NCBI GenBank assembly: GCA_041657425.1
Contig: JBBABY010000007.1
Span: 30,001-62,000 of the forward strand
Reading direction: 5' to 3'
Source of the DNA: an archaeon
GTDB lineage: Archaea > Iainarchaeota > Iainarchaeia > Iainarchaeales > CSSED10-239
Length of the DNA: 32,000 nucleotides
Shown here: one piece after another, positions 24,501 to 32,000 of the stretch
How positions within the stretch are numbered: the stretch's first letter is position 1
Layout: the number at the start of each line of letters is the position of its first letter
The notes under the pieces: generated by a model
Databases searched by the model: none
The model's input: only the letters and a program-made list of their open reading frames with translations
What the model was told of the DNA's origin: nothing
Program-made: the position numbers and the translations under genes

Positions 24501-24953
24501 ATGCCAAGTGAAAGTTATATTATACCTTTAAAAAAGGTATATGACAATAAACCAAGAACTAGAAGAGCTAATCATGCAATTACTGAAATCTTTAATTTCA
24601 TGAGAAAGCATACCAGAATGGAACCAAAGGATGTTATTATTTCAAAAGAAGTAAATGAAGTAATTTGGAAGAATAGCATCCAGAACCCTCCAAGAAAAGT
24701 TGCAGTAAGCATTAAGATTGATTCTGGAAAGTGCTATGTTTTCTTAAAAGATTCAAAAGAATTTAAAGAATTTGGAAAAGCTCCAGTTGAAAAGGAAAAG
24801 AAACCAAAGTTAACAAAAGAAGGGGTAACTAAAGCTGTTAAAGATGCAGTTTCTGGTAATACAGAAAAAGCAAAGAAACCTAAAGCAAGTACACAAAAGA
24901 AAATGTCTGCAAAAACCGAAAAAAGAATGGCAGCACAACAACAATCTGAATAA
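24501..24953 (+). CDS. rpl31e: ribosomal protein L31e with a Lys-rich C-terminal extension
   Basis: RTRRANHAITEIFNFMRKH...EVNEVIWKNSIQNPPRKVAV. Confidence 0.8.
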   Translation: MPSESYIIPLKKVYDNKPRTRRANHAITEIFNFMRKHTRMEPKDVIISKEVNEVIWKNSIQNPPRKVAVSIKIDSGKCYVFLKDSKEFKEFGKAPVEKEKKPKLTKEGVTKAVKDAVSGNTEKAKKPKASTQKKMSAKTEKRMAAQQQSE

Positions 24954-24966
24954 GGGGTAAATAAAA

Positions 24967-25641
24967 ATGAGATTAGATAGAGCAACGATATACAATTCAG
25001 CTTTTCTTAATATCTATGCATATTGTACAGAGAAAGTCTGTCTAATTCCTCATAGTGTTTTTCCTAAAGAAGAAAGAAAGATTGAAGATATCTTAAATGT
25101 TAAAGTAATTAAAGCAGCAGTGAATCGTTCATCTCTTTTAGGGGTTTATTTTGCAGGAGTTGGCGAAAAGTTAGTTATTGAAAAAAATAGCATACATGCT
25201 GATGAAATGGAAATCTTAGAAAAAGAAGGTTTAAAGATAAAAACTATTTCAGATGATAACAATGCATTTGGTAATCTTCTTGCAATCAATTCAAATTATG
25301 GGGTGGCAAGTCCTTTACTTGCAGTTGAAACAATTGCAGAGATGAAGAAGTTCTTTGGAGTTGAAGTTGAACAAAAGCATTTCGCTGGTCTTGACTTACC
25401 AGGAAGTTCAATATTTGTTAATGATTCTTTATTTTTAATTAACCCAATGGTTGATTTAAGAGAATTTAATTATTTTAAAAAGAAGTTTGGTGTTCCTGGT
25501 AAAGCAATAACAACAAATTACGGAGATGTGTTTGTGGGAAATGACGTTATTGGAAACAAGAACGGAATGCTTGTTGGAGAAACAACCAGTAATATTGAAA
25601 TGACAAAAATAGATGAATTAGTTTTAGATATTAAAGAGTGA
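24967..25641 (+). CDS. eif6: translation initiation factor 6 (aIF6)
   Basis: 224 aa, with a repeated pentein-like pattern. Conserved position after L31e. Confidence 0.8.
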   Translation: MRLDRATIYNSAFLNIYAYCTEKVCLIPHSVFPKEERKIEDILNVKVIKAAVNRSSLLGVYFAGVGEKLVIEKNSIHADEMEILEKEGLKIKTISDDNNAFGNLLAINSNYGVASPLLAVETIAEMKKFFGVEVEQKHFAGLDLPGSSIFVNDSLFLINPMVDLREFNYFKKKFGVPGKAITTNYGDVFVGNDVIGNKNGMLVGETTSNIEMTKIDELVLDIKE

Positions 25642-25647
25642 TAAATT

Positions 25648-26163
25648 ATGGCAAAAACAATTTCTAAACCGAAAATAAGCGCAGTAAATGGAGAAAATCA
25701 AGCAAAGGTTACAAAGACAATTAAGCTTGATAAAAATCAAACTGTAAAGTTATATCAAAATAAAGAAAAAGAATTACAAGGAATTACTCAAAGAGTAGAG
25801 CAAGTAGATAGTATTCTTTTAGAAATGAGTAAAGCAGAAATTGCATTAAAAGAATTAAAGAAACTTAAAGGATCAGAAAAATTACTTGTTAATGTTGGTG
25901 CAGGAGTTTTAATTGAATGTGAAGTTACAAATAAATCTGCAATTAAAGTAATGCTTCCTGGTAACATCATGAACGAAAGAAGTGTTGAAGAAGTTATTGA
26001 TGATATTGATAAGAGAAAAAAAGAATTAGAAGAGGCAAAGCAGAAATTAGTTACATCTTATAACCAAACAGCACAAATGCTTGATCAAATCTCAAGAGTA
26101 TTTAAGGAAATGCAAATTAGAGATTCACAAAAACAACAAGCAGCTTCAACAGCAATTGATTAA
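25648..26163 (+). CDS. pfdA: prefoldin alpha subunit
   Basis: Coiled coil, then beta hairpins (LLVNVGAGVLIECEV..KVMLPGNIMNERSVEE), then coiled coil. Conserved position before ftsY. Confidence 0.7.
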   Translation: MAKTISKPKISAVNGENQAKVTKTIKLDKNQTVKLYQNKEKELQGITQRVEQVDSILLEMSKAEIALKELKKLKGSEKLLVNVGAGVLIECEVTNKSAIKVMLPGNIMNERSVEEVIDDIDKRKKELEEAKQKLVTSYNQTAQMLDQISRVFKEMQIRDSQKQQAASTAID

Positions 26164-26199
26164 TTTCTTTATTTTCTTTTTTAAGAAGGTGTTTTAAAG

Positions 26200-27783
26200 T
26201 TGTTTGACTTATTAAAAAATAAATTTAAGAGTTTTACAGATAAATTATTTGGTAAAGCACAAGAAACCATTGCGCGCGAGCCTAGCGAAACAGGCTCTGT
26301 TGAAGAAGAAGTAAAAGAAGAGCAATTAACACAAACTATTTCTGAACAGGCTCAAGTACAAGAACCAACAACTCAAGACTTAATTGTAGAACCACAGCCA
26401 GAACTTGTTGTTGAAGAGGTTGCTCAAGAACCAGCAATTGTAGAAATTTCAAAATCTGTAGTTGTGGAAAAACCAAAAGAGAAAGAGGCAATTAAACCAG
26501 TTGAAGTCAAAGTACCTAAATTAGAGCCAATTAAATTTACAGAAGAAAAGAAAGAAATAGAAATTCATAAAATTGAAATTGAAGAAGAACCAAAGCTAGT
26601 AATTGCAGAAGTTCCAAAAGTAAAGAAAGAGAAAGACACACTAATTGTTGGACAAACTGAAGAAGTAAAATCAGTTGTGCGCGAGCTCAGCGAAACGGGC
26701 TCACCAAAGGAAAAGCATTCTATTTTTGATATTTTTAAACCAAAACCAAAACCAGTAGTTATTGAACCAGAAAAACCAAAGGTAGAAGCAATTAAAGTAC
26801 AGCCAAAACCAATTATTCAAGAAGAATTAAAACCAGTAGTGGTTGAAGTTCCAAAAGAAGAATTGGAAGATTTAACTATTAAAAAATCAACTGAAATAAA
26901 AAAATCTTTAGTTACTTCCATAAAAAGCATATTCTCAAGTAAAGTAAAACTTTCTGAAAAAGAAATTTCTGAATTCCTTGAAGAATTTGAATTGTCTTTA
27001 TTAGAAGCAGATGTTTCAATAGTTTCTGCAGAAAACATATGTAAAGATTTAAAAGAAAAATTAATACAAAGTTCTTTTTCTAAAGAAAATCCATTAGAAG
27101 ATATTAAAGAACATATAAGAGAATCACTTAAGACACAATTAGATATTGATTGTGATATTAATAATTATATAAATAAAACAAAAAAAGAAAATCAACCTTT
27201 TGTTATAATGTTTATTGGTCCAAATGGTGCAGGAAAAACTACAACTATTTCTAAGTTTGCTTATCATTACAAGCAAAAAGGAAAAGCAGTAGTTCTTGCT
27301 TCAGGGGATACCTTTAGAGCAGGAAGTATTGATCAACTAGAGAAACATGCTGATACGATTGGAGTAAAACTAGTTAAGCAAGCATATGGTTCAGATCCAG
27401 CAGCAGTTGCTTTTGATGCAGTAACGTCAGCTAAGTCCTCTAAAGCAGACTACGTCTTTATTGACACAGCAGGAAGACAAGAAAATAATATTAATCTAAT
27501 GCAAGAGCTAAAGAAAATCAAAAGAGTTGTTAGTCCAAATCTTACAATTTACATTGGAGAAGCACAAGCAGGTCAAGCAATAGTGGACCAAGTAAGTGGT
27601 TTTGAAAAAGAGATTGGAGTTGACGGAGTAATTCTAACAAAGCTTGACACTGATCCAAAAGGCGGAGTTGCAATTTCAATTCTAAATGAATTAAAAAAAC
27701 CAATCTTTTATGTTGGAACTGGTCAAACCTACAATGACTTAGAAGAATTCTCTCCTGAGTTCATAATTAAGAGAATTATTTAA
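26200..27783 (+). CDS. ftsY: signal recognition particle receptor FtsY with an unusually long acidic/Pro-Lys-Val-rich N-terminal region (TTG start)
   Basis: NG domain motifs GPNGAGKTTT, DTAGR, TKLDTDPKGG. Confidence 0.88.
   Translation: MFDLLKNKFKSFTDKLFGKAQETIAREPSETGSVEEEVKEEQLTQTISEQAQVQEPTTQDLIVEPQPELVVEEVAQEPAIVEISKSVVVEKPKEKEAIKPVEVKVPKLEPIKFTEEKKEIEIHKIEIEEEPKLVIAEVPKVKKEKDTLIVGQTEEVKSVVRELSETGSPKEKHSIFDIFKPKPKPVVIEPEKPKVEAIKVQPKPIIQEELKPVVVEVPKEELEDLTIKKSTEIKKSLVTSIKSIFSSKVKLSEKEISEFLEEFELSLLEADVSIVSAENICKDLKEKLIQSSFSKENPLEDIKEHIRESLKTQLDIDCDINNYINKTKKENQPFVIMFIGPNGAGKTTTISKFAYHYKQKGKAVVLASGDTFRAGSIDQLEKHADTIGVKLVKQAYGSDPAAVAFDAVTSAKSSKADYVFIDTAGRQENNINLMQELKKIKRVVSPNLTIYIGEAQAGQAIVDQVSGFEKEIGVDGVILTKLDTDPKGGVAISILNELKKPIFYVGTGQTYNDLEEFSPEFIIKRII
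26271..26298 (+). repeat. GC-rich hairpin element inside ftsY, copy 1 (GAGCCT-AGCGAAAC-AGGCTC)
   Basis: Read directly. Encodes AREPSETGS. Confidence 0.7.
26677..26703 (+). repeat. GC-rich hairpin element inside ftsY, copy 2 (GAGCTC-AGCGAAAC-GGGCTC)
   Basis: 22 of 27 nt identical to copy 1. Encodes VRELSETGS. Confidence 0.7.
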
Positions 27784-28324
27784 TTCTATATTTCTCAGTG
27801 CCAATGTTATAAAAATTATTTCCAAAAGAATCAATAATTACAATTGCAGGAAAATCTTTAACTTCTAATTTTCTGATTGCTTCTGTTCCAAGTTCCGGAT
27901 AAGCAATAATTTCTTGTTTGATAATTGTTTTTGCAATTAGTGCTCCTGCCCCTCCTGTTGCTCCAAAATATATTGCTTTATTTTTTATTATTGATTCAAT
28001 AACAGTATTATCTCTTTGTCCTTTTCCAATCATTCCTGAAAGTCCAAGTTCTAATAGTTTTGGAGTATAGGCATCCATTCTAACACTTGTTGTTGGTCCT
28101 GCTGGGCCAATTACATTTCCTGGTTTTTCAGGACATGGTCCTACATAATAAATAATTTGGTTTTTTATATCAAATGGAAGAGGTTTTCCTTCAGAGATTG
28201 TTTCAATTAGTTTCTTGTGTGCTGCATCTCTTGCAGTATAGATTGTTCCAGTAATAAAAACTTCATCTCCTGCTTTTAATTTAGTTGTTATTTCTTTTGT
28301 TAATGGTGTATTTATTGTTATCAT
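27776..28324 (-). CDS. class I Fe-S hydro-lyase (fumarate/tartrate) beta subunit
   Basis: GTIYTARDAAHK, GPAGPTTSVRMD, GMIGKGQR motifs. Follows the alpha subunit. Confidence 0.8.
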   Translation of the reverse strand: MITINTPLTKEITTKLKAGDEVFITGTIYTARDAAHKKLIETISEGKPLPFDIKNQIIYYVGPCPEKPGNVIGPAGPTTSVRMDAYTPKLLELGLSGMIGKGQRDNTVIESIIKNKAIYFGATGGAGALIAKTIIKQEIIAYPELGTEAIRKLEVKDFPAIVIIDSFGNNFYNIGTEKYRIK

Positions 28325-28330
28325 AGTTTA

Positions 28331-29170
28331 TCACAAAATGATTTCTGCATGTCTAGTTGCATGGCAATTAATATTAACAGCAACAGGAAGTCCAGCGATG
28401 TGTGTTGGAAATGTTTCAATATTAACTTTAAGTGCAGTAATTCTTCCCCCAAGTCCCATTGGTCCAATTCCAAGTTTGTTTATTTTCTCAAGTAATTCTT
28501 TTTCTAAAGTTTCTATGTGCTTTTCAGGATTATAAGTATTAATTGATCTTACTGCTGCAAACTTGGCAAGAATTGAAGCTTTCTCCATTGTTCCACCAAT
28601 GCCGACTCCAACAACAATTGGAGGGCAAGGATTTGATCCTGCAGTATCGATAGTTTCAATTACAAAGTCTGTAATTCCAGTAACCCCGTCAGATGGTTTT
28701 AACATTTTAATTTTACTCATATTCTCACTACCAAAACCTTTTGGAGCAACAATGATTTTAATGTTCTCTCCAGGGACAATATTATAATGGATTATTGCAG
28801 GAGTATTATCATTGGTATTTTCTCTTGTTATTGGATCTTTAACAACTGAGTTTCTAAAATATCCGTCTTTGTAGCTTTCTCTTATTCCTTGGTTGATTGC
28901 GTCTTCTAGATTTCCAGAAATATGCACATCTTGTCCAATATCAATGAACACAACAATCATTCCAGTATCTTGGCATATTGCAATATTTTCTGTTTCTGCG
29001 ATTTTATAATTTGCAATTATTTGGTTTAATGTATTTTTTCCTATTGGAGAAATTTCTATTTCCTGTGCATTTTCTAATGCTTGTTTAACATCATTTCCAA
29101 GTTTACAATTAGCAGCTAAGCACAATCCTTTAATTGCTTTTGTTATTTCAATGGAATTTATTTCTCTCAT
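28331..29170 (-). CDS. class I Fe-S hydro-lyase (fumarate/tartrate) alpha subunit
   Basis: ICQDTGMIVVF, PPIVVGVGIGGT, NINCHATRH motifs. Confidence 0.8.
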   Translation of the reverse strand: MREINSIEITKAIKGLCLAANCKLGNDVKQALENAQEIEISPIGKNTLNQIIANYKIAETENIAICQDTGMIVVFIDIGQDVHISGNLEDAINQGIRESYKDGYFRNSVVKDPITRENTNDNTPAIIHYNIVPGENIKIIVAPKGFGSENMSKIKMLKPSDGVTGITDFVIETIDTAGSNPCPPIVVGVGIGGTMEKASILAKFAAVRSINTYNPEKHIETLEKELLEKINKLGIGPMGLGGRITALKVNIETFPTHIAGLPVAVNINCHATRHAEIIL

Positions 29171-29224
29171 AATAATATTAGTAATAACAATTATTTAAAA
29201 TCTATTTGTTTATAATTTCTATAT

Positions 29225-29974
29225 ATGAATCCGAAATATAATGAAGTCGTAGTATTAGTTCATCCATTATATGATTTATTAAAAAGTGATTTTGCAAAAA
29301 GAGCATTAAAATTTAAATTAAATAAATCTTTGCCTAAAGAATATTCAATAGAGTATTTAATTTTACATAATGAGGCAAAAGCATTTAATTACCAGTTAAA
29401 GCACACACTTCAAGCTTATGGCGAAGAAATAAAGAAATATGTAAATAAACCAAAAACACTTGTTGTAATGTATCCGCCACATCCTAGTAATTTAGAAACT
29501 TATTTTAAAGAACAAGATAGTGGAGATACAAGAGAAGATTTAGCAAGAAGAAAAAAGCAATTTGAAGCATTAGCAGGAAAATTTGTAAATTTCAGTAAAA
29601 CTCAATTAAAGGAAAGATTTGTAATTGATAATATTTCTAAGGCATCTGATATCCCTAGATTCCCTGATACATTAGTATCAAATTTAGACAAAAATATTTC
29701 TTTAAAGCTTTTTGGGGAATATGGGGATTATTGCGTAATCAGGTGGAAAACAAATTTAGCTGCAGATTTAGAAAAGAAAGGATTTAATGTAAAATCAGAG
29801 ATTATTTCTGAAAAAACACTATATAGAGAAGAATCAGTATTAAGAAGAAAAGGAAAATTAGATTTAAGAGTTCTACCATTATCACATGGGAGACTTTCAA
29901 CAAGAACCTATAGACAAGATAAAAGAGAAAAAGGCAAATTGCCTCTAAAGCCCAAAAAGTGGGTTGCTAAATAA
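29225..29974 (+). CDS. hypothetical protein
   Basis: ORF track only. Confidence 0.5.
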   Translation: MNPKYNEVVVLVHPLYDLLKSDFAKRALKFKLNKSLPKEYSIEYLILHNEAKAFNYQLKHTLQAYGEEIKKYVNKPKTLVVMYPPHPSNLETYFKEQDSGDTREDLARRKKQFEALAGKFVNFSKTQLKERFVIDNISKASDIPRFPDTLVSNLDKNISLKLFGEYGDYCVIRWKTNLAADLEKKGFNVKSEIISEKTLYREESVLRRKGKLDLRVLPLSHGRLSTRTYRQDKREKGKLPLKPKKWVAK

Positions 29975-30032
29975 GTCTAAGGTTTTAAAGCTTTACTCTT
30001 CAATAATATTCTTATAAAGTAAGTGAGAAATT

Positions 30033-30251
30033 ATGAATAAAAAATTATTAGTACTAGGGATTATATTTTCTATATTTATTTTAGGACTATTTATGTCAAA
30101 TATAAATTTAGATAAAAATTCAAATGTTAGTTCTACGAAATATTTAAATTCTGTTATCGAACAACCAATACTTGAATTAGGTTGTGGTAGATGTTCAACT
30201 ACTTTTATCAAAACCTCAAGTGGAGGAATGATTGCAGTAATGCTTAAATAA
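30033..30251 (+). CDS. small hypothetical secreted or membrane protein
   Basis: N-terminal KKLLVLGIIFSIFILGLF signal-like segment. Confidence 0.4.
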   Translation: MNKKLLVLGIIFSIFILGLFMSNINLDKNSNVSSTKYLNSVIEQPILELGCGRCSTTFIKTSSGGMIAVMLK

Positions 30252-30330
30252 TTTTATTTCTGTAATTTGATTTTAATTAAAAACAAAGCAATAAATATAT
30301 ATTGTTCTTCTGTTAGTATGGAGATTTAGG

Positions 30331-32000
30331 ATGTCAAGACAAAAGAAATCTATATTAAAAGAAAAAAAAGCAATTGCTCCAATTATCGCAGTAGTCTTGC
30401 TTGTTGTAATTGCAGTAATCCTTGTGACAATAATTCTTTCATTTGGTAAAGGATTTGCAATAAAGTCATTAGATAAAGCAGGAGATATAAAAGATTTTTC
30501 TAAATCAGATGCTGGAAACTTTATTTATCCTAAAACTTTTAGTGATGGAGTTCTTCAAATAAATTATAATCCTGTGGGAGCTATAGGTCCTGTAGTAATT
30601 ACACATTATACCATACTTGGTTCAGATTTGTCGCCAGTTGAATTAACAACTCCAATAACATTAACTGCAGGTCAAAATATTATTAATCTAGAAAGTTTAT
30701 ATGGTTTTAATTCAATAAGTCCAGAAGTAGATATACAATTGATTACTTCAGATAATACCTATATAGATATAGGTGGCCAAATAGATAATGATCTGGTTTG
30801 TACTCCTGGAGGGACAGGAACACTAGTTGATCCAATAATTATTTGTGATGCAAGTGATTTAAACAATATAAGAAACGATTTAGATGCAAATTATGTTTTA
30901 GGAAAAGATATTGATCTTTATTCATTTTCAAGAATAGATGTTAATGGATGGTTACCAATAAATTCATTTACCGGGTCGTTTAATGGGAATGATTATGTAG
31001 TAAGCAATTTATATATTAATAGACCAGGAACTGATTATGTAGGATTATTTGGAAGTATTAATGGGTATTTAAGCTATGATGATGAGATTTGTAATTGTTC
31101 TATAACTACTGGCGCAACAATACAAAATTTAGGTTTAGAAAATGTAGATGTTATAGGGGGAGAATTTGTTGGGGGTTTTGCAGGATCTGTTGCTTATTTA
31201 ATTATAGATAATATTTATGTTACTGGAGAAGTATCTGGAGTAAATAATGTTGGTGGATTTTCCGGATATATCTCTTTTTCACAGATTTCTAATAGTTATT
31301 CAACTAGCAATATATCTGGCATTGGAGGGGGATTTGCAGGAATAATTTATGGAAAGAGTACAGCTATGAATAACGATGATTCTAACATTACTAATTGTTA
31401 TGCTACAGGAAATGTTGATAGTGGTGGAGGTTTTGCTAATTTTTTGTTAGGTGGGACAATCACAGATAGTTATGCAACAGGTTCAGTTGCAAGTGGAGAT
31501 TATGTTGGTGGTTTTATAGGAAATATAATGGAATTGTCAGGAGAAACTGGTTATACTGTTATAATTACTAATTGTTATGCAACAGGAAATGTAATTGGTG
31601 GAGAGGGCGTTGGTGGTTTTGCAGGATTTATAGATGGGACAATATCTAATTGCTATGCAACAGGGAATGCAACAGCAACAGGAGATTATGTTGGAGGATT
31701 TACAGGAGTATTTGTTCATATGGATAATGGAGCAGAAGATACATTGTCAAACGTTTATTCTGTAGGTGCAATTTCAGGAAGCGGGGATAATGTAGGTGGT
31801 TTAATTGGATATAGTGGTGGAGGCGTTTCAAATTCTTTTTATGATACAACAATTTCTGGTCAATCAGATAATGACGGAAGAGGTGTTCCAAAAATAACAG
31901 CATTAATGAAAAATGAAGATACGTTTACAGGTTGGACATTCCCTGGAACTTGGAGTATAACAGAAGGAACAACATATCCTTATCTTACAAGTAATGTTCA
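30331..32000 (+). CDS. surface protein with an archaeal type IV pilin-like (class III) signal peptide and GLUG-motif repeats; 3' end outside the window
   Basis: Hand translation: MSRQKKSILKEKKAIAPIIAVVLLVVIAVILVTIIL..., then repeated NCYATGNV..G..VGGFAG units and FYDTTISGQSDNDGRG. GGAG lies 7 nt before ATG 30331. Absent from the ORF track because there is no stop in the window. Confidence 0.75.
   Translation, partial: MSRQKKSILKEKKAIAPIIAVVLLVVIAVILVTIILSFGKGFAIKSLDKAGDIKDFSKSDAGNFIYPKTFSDGVLQINYNPVGAIGPVVITHYTILGSDLSPVELTTPITLTAGQNIINLESLYGFNSISPEVDIQLITSDNTYIDIGGQIDNDLVCTPGGTGTLVDPIIICDASDLNNIRNDLDANYVLGKDIDLYSFSRIDVNGWLPINSFTGSFNGNDYVVSNLYINRPGTDYVGLFGSINGYLSYDDEICNCSITTGATIQNLGLENVDVIGGEFVGGFAGSVAYLIIDNIYVTGEVSGVNNVGGFSGYISFSQISNSYSTSNISGIGGGFAGIIYGKSTAMNNDDSNITNCYATGNVDSGGGFANFLLGGTITDSYATGSVASGDYVGGFIGNIMELSGETGYTVIITNCYATGNVIGGEGVGGFAGFIDGTISNCYATGNATATGDYVGGFTGVFVHMDNGAEDTLSNVYSVGAISGSGDNVGGLIGYSGGGVSNSFYDTTISGQSDNDGRGVPKITALMKNEDTFTGWTFPGTWSITEGTTYPYLTSNV

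Overview
Strongly AT-rich archaeal chromosomal window. The gene set is archaeal: Kae1, Hjc, archaeal DnaG, Pth2, S19e/L39e/L31e, aIF6, prefoldin alpha, RNase P Rpp21. Compact spacing and many orphan small ORFs suggest a small-genome DPANN-type organism.

Housekeeping content:
- An asparagine-themed cluster: asnS, tRNA-Asn(GUU), asnA, and a tandem Lrp/AsnC regulator.
- cysS and kae1 (divergent), pth2, hjc, and dnaG.
- tRNA-Val(UAC), tRNA-Leu and tRNA-Gly(GCC).
- The conserved archaeal block rpp21 / S19e / L39e / L31e / aIF6 / pfdA / ftsY.
- A class I fumarate or tartrate hydro-lyase alpha/beta pair.

Accessory content:
- A BRO-N domain gene.
- A RelE/ParE-like toxin-antitoxin pair with an operator palindrome.
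- A transglutaminase-like envelope protein, an SdpI-like membrane protein and an orphan LivJ-type binding protein.
- A pilin-signal GLUG-repeat surface protein running off the 3' edge.

Most unusual signals, all read directly from the sequence:
1. Six tandem hairpin/palindrome units at 217-422, with compensatory stem changes and T:G pairs only on the + strand, upstream of the BRO gene.
2. Two families of portable intergenic modules placed in front of unrelated small ORFs. One is about 135 bp, at 1412-1549 and 13102-13236, and contains an (AT)n hairpin. The other is about 157 bp, at 13648-13804 and 14647-14803, with a partial copy at 15094-15172. Together they give 12.4-15.3 kb a cassette-array look.
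3. An in-frame TGA inside an otherwise colinear dnaG, and an in-frame TAA splitting the transglutaminase-like gene.
4. Two GC-rich covarying hairpins embedded in frame in ftsY, with a similar GC island in front of tRNA-Leu.
5. A tRNA-Leu whose anticodon reads AAG (A34).

No CRISPR array, rRNA or recognisable transposase was seen. All functional calls come from motif recognition by eye, not database searches.
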